Shown: positions 13,037 to 25,396 of the stretch, piece after piece
How the letters are laid out: each line of letters begins with the position of its first letter
Position numbering within the stretch: position 1 is the first letter of the stretch
From: Octopus sinensis
Lineage: Eukaryota
DNA: 64,000 nucleotides
Reading direction: 5' to 3'
Assembly: GCF_006345805.1 (NCBI RefSeq)
Contig: NC_043002.1
Location: forward strand, 71,734,001 to 71,798,000
Translations under genes and position numbers: made by a program
Notes under the pieces: generated by a model
Database searches by the model: none
The model's input: the letters and a program-made list of their open reading frames with translations, nothing else
What the model was told of the DNA's origin: nothing

Positions 13037-13295
13037 AGAAGGGACGATTATTTTGTCTGCACAATTTTCGTGTAACAATCTTTAACACACATCAATGCCA
13101 GAAGATGTTAGCTCATGACTTTTCGAACTCGAGGTCTTCTTAATTAGGCAAGCATTATTGCACAAGGTAAAGTAGATGAAGAAATATATAAAATGCAAAG
13201 TTTAATAATGGCGGTGATTTCACTTAAACTTGTCGAAGTAATGAAAGATAATGAAATATTTTTCTTCCATACAACTATTGGTAATGAACCCTTAC

Positions 13296-13327
13296 GTCAC
13301 ATCTCCTACATTTCTAAATTGCACCAC
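13296..13327 (-). CDS. candidate 32-nt exon (VVQFRNVGDV) of the tentative minus-strand gene
   Basis: ttttgaag|GTGGTGCAATTTAGAAATGTAGGAGATGTGAC|gtaagg. Open only in phase 0, matching the preceding 11-nt microexon. Confidence 0.3.
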
Positions 13328-14344
13328 CTTCAAAATGTTTATAATAGTTTCCATAAAATCATGATAGTTCCTTCTGACCTTACTAATTTTAGAATATTTG
13401 ATCAATAATGCGATACCCTATTGATTCAGCAAGCATTATAGGTATGTTCAAAACAGAACATGGCTGACATTATTCTCATTTACAGCTAGCAGAACAATTG
13501 CTACATTTTTACAGTCTGTGTATATAATCTTTATAATTGCGTACATTTCTCTGGGCATAAAATATCTCAAGCAGAATTTCCCTACGGTTACATTATCAAG
13601 GGTGTTGTTAATACCACGCCGTTTGATTAACTGATTATATGCCTGTGTTCGTGTGCATGTGTGAGTATATCTAGGTGTATATATATATAAACTTCGGTTT
13701 TGTATCTGGTTTGCAAGACTTTATGTGAACTCGTGTATTGGAACATTAAGACAATATGACTCTCCCCAGACGCAGTATGTATCTATGTATATATATATCT
13801 ATATATATATATATTGTATTAGTAACTAATCGAAAACATGAACCATGCAACCAAGTTTTGTAATATGTGTGTGTGTGTGTGTAGATAGATAGATAGATAT
13901 ATAGATAGATAGATAGATACAGATATATAGTCAATCCAAACATTAACAAGCAAGAACAGACAACAACGCGAGGACGTGAATAAATACAGTATATATGTAT
14001 ATATATTATATATTATATATATATATATATATTATATATAATATACTTATGATGCTGTAAAGCACCAGCTTCGCTAGAAATATGAGTCAAATGAACCCCT
14101 AAAGCACATAGACCTCATTTAAAACAAGTATGGGGAAAGTTGGAGGGCGAATAAAAATTATATATATATATATATACAACTAAACTTGCCTGTATGGGTC
14201 ATGCGTTCGATCGCAACTGACGTTACCAGTAATATTTCTACATAAACTATTCACGTAGTTCCTATCGGAATGGGGTTTGAGCCTTCGCACGATCAAGCAA
14301 GTATGATGGGGTGAATATCTTTTAAATTTTGGCTTTGTTTGCAG

Positions 14345-14436
14345 TAGGCTTGGCCGACGAGAGACAAGCGCCCCTTGGCGCAAATCCAGAAATCGATTCT
14401 AAGTTATCTACCATTCCTTTTGCGATTTTCGAAGAG
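14345..14436 (+). CDS. orphan candidate exon with strong splice sites
   Basis: ttttggctttgtttgcag|...GAAGAG|gtaagt. Two open frames (GLADERQAPLGANPEIDSKLSTIPFAIFEE or AWPTRDKRPLAQIQKSILSYLPFLLRFSK). No partner exon identified. Confidence 0.3.
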
Positions 14437-14670
14437 GTAAGTCCCATAATCTTTATTGGCCGTCCGTCATTCACTATGTTTGTTTTAAGTGAGCTCTATG
14501 TGGTCTAGTGGTTCATTTGACTCCTATTTCTAGCGAACCTGGTGCCTTTTAGCACCATAGCTATGTAATACATATAAATATTTTACTATATATATATAGC
14601 CAGGTGGTGCTATTAAGTTAGACATGGCCTGGGCCAATACTGGCCAAAACCTTTCTAAGTTATTCTAAGT

Positions 14671-14714
<44 letters not shown>

Positions 14715-15496
14715 CGTATAGCTACTCACATATTTACACTATGTACTTGTGTGTGTGTATATATACACATATAACGATTTTATGCGCTCAACGTGCGAAA
14801 ATTAAAACATACGTTTCGGCTCCATTTTTAATCTACGGTTGTACACAGAGTGACGGTGCCGTTGACCATTAATGGTTTATTGTACCCATTTACCTTGTAG
14901 AGGAAGAAAGGCAAAGCCGACCTCTATGGAATTTGAACTCAGAACGTAATGAGTCGGAAGTTATGCTGCTAAGTATTGTGTCCAACACGCTCAGCTAACC
15001 AACATTTTTGTAAACTAATTATAATGCAATTGGCAATTGGATCTTCTCTGCTACTTCACCGACTCTGCCAATCCTTAGCTTTTATCGTGTTTCTATATTA
15101 AAACTGCATTTCTCGCTGGGGAAATCTCGCTTTATGGCTACTTTTATGTTGGGATAATGATATTATAGTAGAAAACAACACATGCTAACTTTGCACACAA
15201 AATAATTAATATTTTGGATTAACAAAATATTTTTTGTCATTCTCTATTCCATAATAATTTAATATTTTTGATTTGCATAGATATTCATTAATATCGTATG
15301 ATGCTATATCATTTAAAATATCAAGTCGTATCATGTTTTCTATGGTTCTCCATTCCATTCAGTGGATTATTCCATAGTTTTTTTTATCTCTTATTTTGTG
15401 GGGTTGAATAAATATTTAGCATTGAATACAACGCATAAAGTGAATGCTTAAATCAAGTTAAATTTAATATTCTCGATCGTTATTTCTAAAAGCTAT

Positions 15497-16640
15497 TAGG
15501 CAATGAGCTACCAGAATCGTTAGCACACCGGAAAAATGCTTAGCGGCATTTCATCCCTCTAATAGCTTCTGTGTTCAAATTCTACCGAGGTCGACTTTGC
15601 CTTAAATCCGACAAAATAAGTACCAGATATAAACTAGGTTCGATGTAATCGCCTATCTCCCTTCACCGATATCGCTGACCTTGTGCCAAAATTTGAAATC
15701 AATATTCTTAACTATAAAACTATTAAGCGGTAAGCTGGTAGAATGGTTAGCTCGTCGGACAAAATGCGTTTCTTCCGGCGGCACATTTCCTTCTGTACTC
15801 AAATTCCATTGAGGCTGACTTTGACATTCACCCTTTCGGATTTTGATAAAAATAAATACCAGTTGAACACTGCGACCAATGTAATCGACTGCCCTTTCTC
15901 AAAACTGTTTATGTGCCAAAACACGAAACCATTTACGAAAAATGATAAATCAGGACAGCTGGAAGAAATTCAATGCGGCAATTCATTCGTCTTTTTACGT
16001 TCTGAGTTCAAATCTCGCCTATTCAACTTTATCTTTCATACTTTTGAAGTCCATAGCTGAAAGCATCACTCAAGCAATTGGAGTTATACACTGATCCAAT
16101 TCTCCCAAAACTGCCGGTCTTGTGTCTAAATCTGAAACCATTTAATAAACGGAAAGTGTAGCACAATCGGCAAAATCGTTGAAGCGTCGGAAGAGATGAC
16201 GTGCAGTATTTCTTCCTTCGTGGAGGCGCGTGGCTTAGTGGTTAGGGTGTCAGAACCATGATCGTAGGATTGTGGTTTCGATTCCTGGACCGGGCGACGC
16301 GTTGTGTTCTTGAGCAAAACACTTCATTTCACGTTTCTCCAGCCCACCCAGCTGGCAAAAATGAGTAACACAGCGATGGACTGGCGTCCCGTCCAGCTGA
16401 GGAACACATACACCGTAGAAACCGGGAAACCGGGCCCATGAGCCTGGCTAGGCTTTAAAAAGGGCGCATTTACTTTTATTCCTTCCTTCTCATTACATTC
16501 TACGTTCAAATGTCACCGATGTCAACTTTACCTTCCATTCCCCTGCGGTCGATGAAATAACGTACCAGTCTAGTATTGCAATTCTCGGTAGTGATTATGC
16601 ATTCCTTCAAAATTAGTAGCTGCGTGTCTAAATTGGGAAG
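15497..16640 (+). mobile_element. cluster of degenerate S1 SINEs with a nested S3-like SINE at about 16220-16475
   Basis: Repeated AGAATCGTTAGC / TTCTGAGTTCAAATT / GTCGACTTTGCC motifs. The nested element has GTGGAGGCGCGTGGCTTAGTGGTTAGG and TTGAGCAAAACACTTCATTTCACG. Confidence 0.8.
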
Positions 16641-16771
16641 CATTTGTAAAAAATGATTTTCTCTCCCCACTATCAGTATAAATTTTCAGTATAAAGCGAA
16701 GAGCAAAAATTCAAATCCGATTCATACGAAATCACGCTAGCTTGCATGAACTACCCTGGAGAAATATTTAC

Positions 16772-16782
16772 ATAATAAATTG
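16772..16782 (-). CDS. candidate 11-nt microexon, copy A
   Basis: ttcatag|CAATTTATTAT|gtaaat inside conserved block 1. Identical in copy B. Confidence 0.35.
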
Positions 16783-17058
16783 CTATGAATTTGCTAAATA
16801 ATTTCTTTGATATTTATATCATAATTTAATGCAAATTTAAATGCTTAACTAGAATTTAAATTATCTTCAAAACCAAATCACAGTCAAAGGCTATGGCGTA
16901 ACAAACATTTACCAATTTATTTCTCTCCCCCACCCTCTCTCATTTCTTTTTTCGACCTCTCTCTCTCTCTCTCTCTCTCTCTGCCTCATCCCTTTCTCTC
17001 GTTTGGAATGAAATAAAGAAACAGTATAGTCATTATCATTACTATCCTCTACTCTTAC

Positions 17059-17083
17059 AATTAATTTGCCCATCCCTATTTTC
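17059..17083 (-). CDS. candidate 25-nt microexon, copy A (ENRDGQIN)
   Basis: ttttacttaattag|GAAAATAGGGATGGGCAAATTAATT|gtaaga. The only exonic difference from copy B is synonymous (CAA/CAG). Confidence 0.5.
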
Positions 17084-17964
17084 CTAATTAAGTAAAACAC
17101 AGTTTCAACCCTGATTGAATTAAACCACGACACTACACGGACAGTATTTGCTGTTGAAATTACATTAGTTTACCATTCATTACTATGGAATAAAGCAAAA
17201 AAAAATACAATTTATAATTACATTAATCACGATTATTATGAAGCAACAGTACATGGAATTTAAGTGTCTCTCTCACAGAAATATAAAACAAATACATTTC
17301 GCATTAACATAAAAATCTATTTTCATTTACATTACAATTTATATTTTGGATTCATTTAATAATTTATGTTTTGGCTTTACATAATGAATATTGATCTTAA
17401 ACACGGGCTCAAGAGAGGGTTATGGCCAATTATCTGAACTACAGTTTTTCACAACTAGTTTCTGTTATCGATTCTGGATGGATAAAGAGAAATAATGATT
17501 TTAGAAGGATTCTAAATGAGGAGGTAAAGAGGCAAAACTTTTTGTGCGTAACTTCAGAGATTTTGTCAAGCCCTCTCACATTTATAACGTTAGAATAAAT
17601 TTCTAACATAAACACAAGAAATCAAATATGGGAGAAGAGTACGGTCGATTATATTGACTTCAGCTTTTGACTACTTTATTTTGTCGACCTAGGAAAGATA
17701 AAAAGTAAATTTGACCCCAGTGCAATTTCAACGCAGAACGCAATAAGTTAGAGAAAAATTTTGCTTGATATTGTGTCCAATGTGTTGGATATTCTGCAAA
17801 CATGCCGCCTTTGATGTGTTATATCACAATTAGTCTAATATAGGACAGAAGGTGAAGTGAGCCGCGACTGCAAAATCATCGAGATGTAGAGGATTATGAA
17901 TCTACACCATTTAGGTAGCCTTCCCATAACGGTAAAGGGTAACGACCCGTTTCAGTTAGGAATG

Positions 17965-18112
17965 ACCTGGCTGTGTGGTTCCGGGTTCAGTCCCACTGCA
18001 TGGCACCTTGGGAAAGTGTCTTCTACTATAGACACGGGCCGACCAAAGCCTTGTGAGTGGATTTGGTAGACGGAAACTGAAAGAAGCCCGTCGTATATAT
18101 GTATATATATAC

Positions 18113-18148
<36 letters not shown>

Positions 18149-18300
18149 TGTATGTCTGTGTTTGTCCCCCTAACATCGCTTGACAACAGATGCTGGTGTG
18201 CTTACTAGGTTTACAAAGTAACATAAGTACTAGGCTTACAAAGAATAAGTCCTGGGATCGATTTGCTCGACTAAAGGCGGTGCTCCAGCATGGCCACATT
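17965..18300 (+). mobile_element. SINE S2
   Basis: Homologous to 5520-5920, with an internal deletion. Confidence 0.9.
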
Positions 18301-18495
18301 CAGTTTTGTTTTCCTTTCACAGCAAGGTGTAAGTTATATATAATAAATTATATATTTTAAATGACATATTTGCATTCCAAATTCTCTAAATAAATTGTGC
18401 GGTGAGCTATGAATGAATTAACTTGTCTTCGTTCTCAGTGTGTGCAAATTAGACTGGACTGGTTAATTGAGTTGTTGTTTGTGTATATTCTTGAA

Positions 18496-18812
18496 AACCC
18501 CTTCCGTCATGAGTGACCATAGGATTGCACCTAGAAAGTTACCCTCCCAGGCACAAGTCCGGACAAGGTTGTTTTATGGAAGACCAGCAATCGCCCGTGC
18601 ATACCGGCCTCTCCTCTCCACGCCATCAGTGTTATCCAAGGGAAAGGCAAAGGCCGATAGAGCTTGGCACCAGTGACGACGCAACTCATTTCTACAGTTG
18701 AGTTAACTGGTGCAACGTGAAATAAAGTGTCTTACTCAAGAACACAACAATCAGCCCGGTCCGGTATTCGAACTCACAACCTCAGGATCGTAAGATCGAC
18801 GCTCTAACTACC
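18496..18812 (-). mobile_element. SINE S3, head truncated
   Basis: Homologous to 12495-12838. Confidence 0.9.
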
Positions 18813-19184
18813 AATAAGGGATGTACTTTTCAGAAGACAGATGTTTGGCAAGTGTTCTATGATAAAGCCCCAAGATACTTATTAAAGTGATCTCACTGGA
18901 TCTTTTCACTTTGACCGGCAGATTTTAAAAATAATTTCTTTGTAAATAAACACTTTTAAACTTCGTATACTGGTATAATGTGTTACATAAAGCATCTTTT
19001 TCTCTTGGGTTTCTTGAGATATTTATGTAGTTTGTAAGCTATTTCTTCTTTAATTTCTTGCATTTCGGCAATTTCAACCAATCAATGACGTCTATTGAGG
19101 TGTTATTCAATTTCTGTCGTAGTGTGTCAACAATTACAGTATCTATTCGTCATTGAATTTTGCGTAACAATAAACTACATACTC

Positions 19185-19244
<60 letters not shown>

Positions 19245-19437
19245 ATTATCGACTGAGTTAGTTTTAGTTCAACGGATTAGATAACCGCCTGTACGGAAAA
19301 TATCAGATACGTAGACAATTCGCGAAATGACACAAATAGAAAATCCGCGCAGCTTTCATAATTGCCGTCACATGCTGAGCATTCGATTTAGGAATTTTTT
19401 AGCCGGTTGTATGTCTCCAGATAAACAACGTCAATAT

Positions 19438-19990
19438 ATTTCTTTATTACCCATAAAGGGCTGACGAACATAAGAAACAAACAACACATTGGGGACATAA
19501 ACGCAAAAAAAAACTATGATAAAAATGAGAGGGTGAAAATGAAAGATGAAAGCTATGTTACCCGCCCCATCGGATAACATCACTTACCTGTCCTCGTCTT
19601 ACAGTCTTCTGAAAAATACATACTCTCTTAATTTCACCCCGTATCGTTTTTCTAGTTTTTCTCTCTCATCCGAGTCTATCTCCTTTCCTATTAACTCAAA
19701 AACATTAATCAGTTCACCTTCAAATTCTCGTTTTTTCCGTAAAAAGCACCTCCATATACAGTTCCTCATCCGGCAATTCGACATTACCCCAGTTCCTCAA
19801 TATTTCCAACAGTTCATCGTCTTCCTTGTCTAATAAACCTATAACGGGGTGGGGGTGATGGGTTGAAAGCTGTTCTGTGTGTCTACTTTTTGTTTACTTG
19901 TTGGCGGGGAGTGGGTAGGTTTTTGTGTCTGCAGGGGAGAGGTGAGACGAAAAACAAAGTCAATATAAAAAATCTCGAGGAGAGGAATGA
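19438..19990 (-). mobile_element. degenerate ORF1-like retroelement 3' part with S1-like tail
   Basis: Frameshifted E/K-rich frame. Terminus CCCTTTATGGGTAATAAAGAAATA resembles the S1 SINE end. Confidence 0.4.
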
Positions 19991-20227
19991 TTTTATTCTA
20001 ATTTCATTGGATAATCTTAGTTAATCTAACATTTTCAATGGATTATCTTGCATACGTGTGTCCTTGCTCTACTTATTATATGTAGATCCGACCCCAAAGT
20101 ATTTTCTCGCAGACATTATTCATTATATGCAAATACACACGCGCACACCCGTACATACACAGACACACAGATACGACATGGTATCAAAAAGCTCCTAGAC
20201 TAATTCTGAAGCGCGCCAAGAAATGTA

Positions 20228-20795
20228 TTGGGTTGTCCGGAAAGTTTGTGCCGATTTATAGTAGCTTACATTTCGACTTATTTTAGAACATGGTTGAGTC
20301 CATAAAATAAGATTTGAGTACATCTCCATTTAGAGAGCACAGTTTAAGCTATCTTTTCGTGGAAGAAGGTTTATGTTCCTATGACCTGTGTTAATTCTGT
20401 AATCCTTTAAAATAGAAGATAGGAAAGTTCATTTTAGGCACTTGATGCTTTGGGAACCAGACAAAAATTGCTGCAGCTCGGCTGGGATGTGTTACCCCAC
20501 TCTCCATATTCACCAGATATTGCTCCTTCGGATTTCCACTTATTCAGGTCTCTGCAGAATATTCTTAATGGTAAAAATTTCAATTCCTTGGATAACATAA
20601 AAAGATACCTTGATGAATTTTTTGCCATGAAACCACCTCAATTCTGGGAAGAGGGTATTTTCAAGTTAAGGGAAAGATGGAGACGCATTGTGCAACAAAA
20701 TGGTTCATATTTAGTTGATTAAAAACGTAATGGCAAGTATATATTGACCTTTATCTTTCCTTTAAATATCGGCATGAACTTTCCGGACAACCCAA
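20228..20795 (+). mobile_element. internally deleted mariner with both TIRs and TA target duplication
   Basis: TA|TTGGGTTGTCCGGAAAGTT ... AACTTTCCGGACAACCCAA|TA. Encodes HSPYSPDIAPSDFHLFRSL...W. Confidence 0.95.
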
Positions 20796-22124
20796 TATAT
20801 CCTGTTTATTCGGGTTTAAATCCATTACGTGGTATCTTGGCTCTTATTTGTTGTCATAAATAGCCTTGGATCGATTCAAGACTTGTAAACAAGTCTAAGT
20901 AAACATGAACAGTGAGGCAGTTCATTGCTTAAACTTTTAACTCTAATTCAAACGTCTATACTTGTCACCCTATATATTACTTTCTTCAGTCCTGATAACC
21001 TCGTTTTATGTTTATATAGTCTAATCATGAGCTACCGTACGTGTATTCAGAACCGACTTAACAAATTACTTTAACATACCATGATGCTTTATGCATATTA
21101 GCTGTCTGGTTGGTTGACAAACACTGGGATTGTATTTGCAAATAACTTCAAGGAGAGAATTTACAGAAGTATCAGGTGTTTTAGTGCTACGTAAATTGTC
21201 AAATCGATTTTTAAATAAATACCCTTATCGTTTTCAAGAAAAATAAATATTGAGAAAACTAAAACATAAACTAAAATCTGATGGTTCAGCTGGCCTAATG
21301 AAGAGTATCAGACAAAGGAAAATAGCATGGTGGAAATGTTAGCACTTAAGAGAAGATATTTTGCAGTACGCTAAAAAGCTAGTTCTAAAATGTCCCTAGT
21401 ACCTTATCAGTCTATGTTCTTGGGCGCTAGACTTAGTCCCTCACCTACTTAGTGCCACCACCTTATCGTTGGGTACTCTAATGGCTTTCACTCGGTCGTA
21501 AGCATTCGGGTCAGCACTTCAATTAAAGGATGATTTCATCGTTTCTTCCACCAGTTGCAGGGGCCCTGAGAAGATACAGAGTCATGGGCGCGACCCTTAT
21601 CTCTTGATTAAACAGAGAATGAGATAAATGAATAAACATCATATTAGGATAAAATAATTGTGGACATCTGATTCAATTAAGAAATAGCAACTAATTGACT
21701 TCTAGGAATAGCAACGAATAGACTTGTAGAAATAGCAACCAATTTTCCCCAAAAAATGTTATTGCTTTCCATCCACCTAGGATCGATAACGTATACTTCT
21801 TGTGAAGTTCTGTGGTTGAGATAATTGGCCTAAGTCTTCTCCCAAGTTTGTTGCTTGTGACCGTGTTAAAGATCAACAGCTATTCTATAAAACCAAAGTA
21901 CAAGTATTACAGTCCGAGGTAATGACTACATATTCCTTAAAAATTTGTTGCCGCGTACCTAAATTAGAATGCATTTATACAAATGATTTTCTCTTCGCCC
22001 CCATCTGTATAAATTTTCCATGTAAAGCAGAGTGAAAGTTCAAGACTAACTGAGGTTAAATATTATATATCCTAAACATACCAAATTACTCTAGTTTGCA
22101 TGAACTACCTGGAGAAATATTTAC

Positions 22125-22135
22125 ATAATAAATTG
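22125..22135 (-). CDS. candidate 11-nt microexon, copy B
   Basis: ttcatag|CAATTTATTAT|gtaaat. Confidence 0.35.
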
Positions 22136-22458
22136 CTATGAATTTGCTAAATATTTTTCTTTTTTTTAGATTTATATCGTAATTGAACGCGAATTTAAGT
22201 GTATCTAGAATTTAAATTACTTTCAAAATCAAATCACAATTAAAGCCTGTGGTGTGAAAAACATTTATTAATCTCTCTCTCTCTCTCTCTTATCTGCCTA
22301 TCTCTCTCTCTCTTCTCCCTTTCACTCTCTCTTTCTCTCTTTCACTCTCTTTCTCCTTCTCAGTCTCATTCTCTCACTCTATCTCCCTCTCCTGTCTTTC
22401 TCTCTCGTTTGACATGAAGTAAAGAAACAATATAGTCATTATTATCCTCTACTCTTAC

Positions 22459-22483
22459 AATTAATCTGCCCATCCCTATTTTC
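22459..22483 (-). CDS. candidate 25-nt microexon, copy B (ENRDGQIN)
   Basis: tatttacttaattag|GAAAATAGGGATGGGCAGATTAATT|gtaaga. Confidence 0.5.
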
Positions 22484-22761
22484 CTAATTAAGTAAATACA
22501 ACACAGCATCAACCTTAAATCAATTAAAACCTAACTCTATCTGAGAAGTTCTGGTGGCTGAAATGAGTATTTGCTGTTGCAATTATTTAATTTTATTATT
22601 CATTACTATGGAATATTGGCAACGAATACAATTCTACAATTACTTTCATCACGATTACTATACAGCAATAATATTTAGAATAAAGTGTCCCTCTCCCTTA
22701 GAGACACACACCTTAAAAATATTTGCAAAAGCGAGAAGGCATTATTATTGTAAGCTTATAT

Positions 22762-23274
22762 TGTTGTGTTGTGAACCCCTTCGGTCATAAGTGACCATGG
22801 AATTGCACCTAGAAAGTTACCCTCCGATGCACAAGTCTGGGCAAGGTTGTTTATGGAAGACCAGCAGTCGCCCACGCATACCAGCCTCCCCTCTCCACGC
22901 CACCGATGTTATCGAAGGGAAAGGCAAAGGCCAATACAGCTTGGCACCAGTGACGTCGCAGCTCATTTATTAACGTGCAAGTGGCTGAGCACTCTATATT
23001 ACCCTTAACGTAATTCTCGGGAAGATTCAGCGTGATACAGAGTGTGACAATGCTGGCCCTTTGAAATACAGGTACAACAGAAACAGGAAGAAAGAGTAAG
23101 TGAAAGTTCTGATGAAAGAGTACAGCGGGATTCAACACCACCCCCTGACAGGGTCTCGTAGAGCTTTAGGTGTTTTCGTTCAATGAACACTCACAATGCC
23201 CGGTCTTGGAGTCGAAACCGCGATCCTACGACTGTGAGTCCGCTGCCCTAACCACTAGGCCATTGCGCCTCCAC
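22762..23274 (-). mobile_element. chimeric SINE with 10-bp TSD
   Basis: TSD AAGCTTATAT at 22752-22761 and 23275-23284. The head and body of one family are joined to the S3 tail near 22970. Confidence 0.85.
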
Positions 23275-23453
23275 AAGCTTATATCATTCTACCCAAAATG
23301 AGAAAATTATCACAATTTAAATGGTTTTAGTTCTCAAACTTCTCAGTTACAGCTAACTTGAACCTTAGAAACAACATTTGTCAATAAATATTTTAAGAGC
23401 AGTTGGAGTGAAACACATATATGAATATTTGCAATTCAATTTTATTCATTATA

Positions 23454-23678
23454 TTGGGTTGTCCAGAAAGTTCGTGCCGATTTTATAGTAGCTTACCTTT
23501 CGACTTACCCTCCCAGGCACCTCAATTCTGGGAAGAGGGTATTTTCAAGTTAAAGGAAAGATGGAGACGCATTGTGCAACAAAACGGTTTATATTTAGTT
23601 GATTAAAAATGCAATGGCAAGTATTTATTGACATTTTCTTTCCTTTAAAAATCGGCACGAACTTTCCGGACAACCCAA
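23454..23678 (+). mobile_element. 225-bp mariner MITE, same family as 20228-20795
   Basis: Same TIRs with TA flanks. Retains the PQFWEEGIFKLKERWRRIVQQNG coding remnant. Confidence 0.95.
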
Positions 23679-25209
23679 TAGTTCTACTAGATATGAAATT
23701 ACCAGAATTGTAGCTTAAACCTCCTTCTAATGCATCGGGGGAGTACTGGAATTGGTGCAAATCGTCACCGCACCGGTAATGGTAATTTCAAAATTATTCT
23801 AATGCTAGGAAATGGTTAATTAAACTGCTATCATATGCATATACAATCGGGTTGAACTAGTAGTAGTGAATTACAATTCATCCTAAATTCACAATCGATA
23901 GATGTATATTAAAATCAAATCAATGAAAAACAAATCAAAGCAAAGAATCAACACAGATTGTATCAATCCATACATAATACAAGCATAAACAAAAGGTAGC
24001 ATCATTAGGATGGATATTTTAGCAGTAGAAACTGTTCAAAATTTTAAAATTTTCATGAATAACTTTTTTGACCTAACGTAGCCTTGATCCTATATTAAGT
24101 GAATTTTCACTTAAATATACGTGCGAGTTCGCATTTACGAAATAATTTCGTGTTATCTAGACTGGATGGTATAATATGCTCTTGACAACATGGGGTTTCG
24201 ACTATCATCATAAAAACACTACCGGGAACGAAACAAGCTGCACTACCAAATATGTAAGATATCTAGGACGGCTTAATTATTCCGTTCATTTCACTGGCCT
24301 TTACCTTTAAATCGACGATTGACTTCAACATCACAAGATCTGCGGAAAATATTCGATCAGCGACCTAAAGCTAATAAAGAATTATTCTGACGAAATCCGT
24401 CAAACTTTGTTCCAATTTTACAGTTCAATAGATTCGACAATAGGGTTCCTTACATCAAAAGTGGCTGTCATATATAGTAATTGCTATTCCGGCTCCCATA
24501 AAAATGAGCTGATTATCTGTTGACACCCGAATTCAGGCAAACATAGTAGGAGAACAGAAGGATAAACAAACGAAATCATAATGCCGAAATCATAATTATT
24601 CAATATCCATACACTTCTGTTTAAAACCAATGCAAAAGGGATCACTGTCGAACATTTACAAGTTTAAAACAATATTCAGTTTCAGTTTGGTGTTAATTTT
24701 CAATTCACCAAACTGTATTTTACGCTTAGGCCATGTTTGAGAAGAACTGGAAAAGATATTACCTCTCTTATTTAAAAAAAAATGATTGATGATATTGCTG
24801 AATACGGTATGTAAACATCTACTGCATTGTAATGTGCTGCGGTGCTCATACTTGTATACATCCGTTTTCAATCAAAAACAACACCTACATTACACCTCAA
24901 CAAATCTAAGTGAAAATGTCGATAACCTGCACCTCACAATCGGGCATTTATACACTATCGTAAGTCTCCGCCCGCCACACTCTAAGTATATCATATGAAA
25001 TAACATAATCTACATTTAACATTCTGGATAGGGGCAATTAAAGAACCTTCAACCATGAACAAAAATCATTTATTATGAAGAACCGCTGCTAAAAACGATA
25101 ACATCACAAAATATCATTGTGCATGTTTTCTTCTTATAACCAATCTATCTACTGGAAGGTGAGAAATAATATCTCTCTAAAAAGATCCCGTTCTCAAGAT
25201 TTTATATTG

Positions 25210-25300
25210 ATTTACACTAAGGTATGGAATGAAAAGAACGATTTTAAGCGTAATTTACACTAAGGTATGGAATGAAAAGAACGATTTTAAGCGTAATTTA
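25210..25300. repeat. exact 43-bp tandem duplication
   Basis: ATTTACACTAAGGTATGGAATGAAAAGAACGATTTTAAGCGTA occurs twice. Confidence 0.95.
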
Positions 25301-25396
25301 TTTTGCTCGAGGGAATAAAATGTATCAAGAGCAATATACAGAATCGACCCCAAAATTAAATAAGGCTGATGGAAAGCTTCGTAATGGGAAGGCTCA

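Larger units (their letters stand above)
16610..17280. repeat. diverged direct duplication, copy A (copy B at 21940-22710)
   Basis: Collinear similarity over about 700 bp with two near-identical blocks of about 55 bp. Confidence 0.9.
21940..22710. repeat. diverged direct duplication, copy B
   Basis: See copy A at 16610-17280. Confidence 0.9.

Noticed and set aside
17059-17083. Calling the tentative gene an EF-hand protein
   Set aside because: Only an 8-residue loop-like motif matches. There is no position-12 Glu or flanking helices in the chained model.
19588-19928. Strong minus-strand splice sites around a 341-nt segment as a host exon
   Set aside because: Stops occur in all three frames and the segment sits in a retroelement-like piece. 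It could only be a non-coding exonisation.
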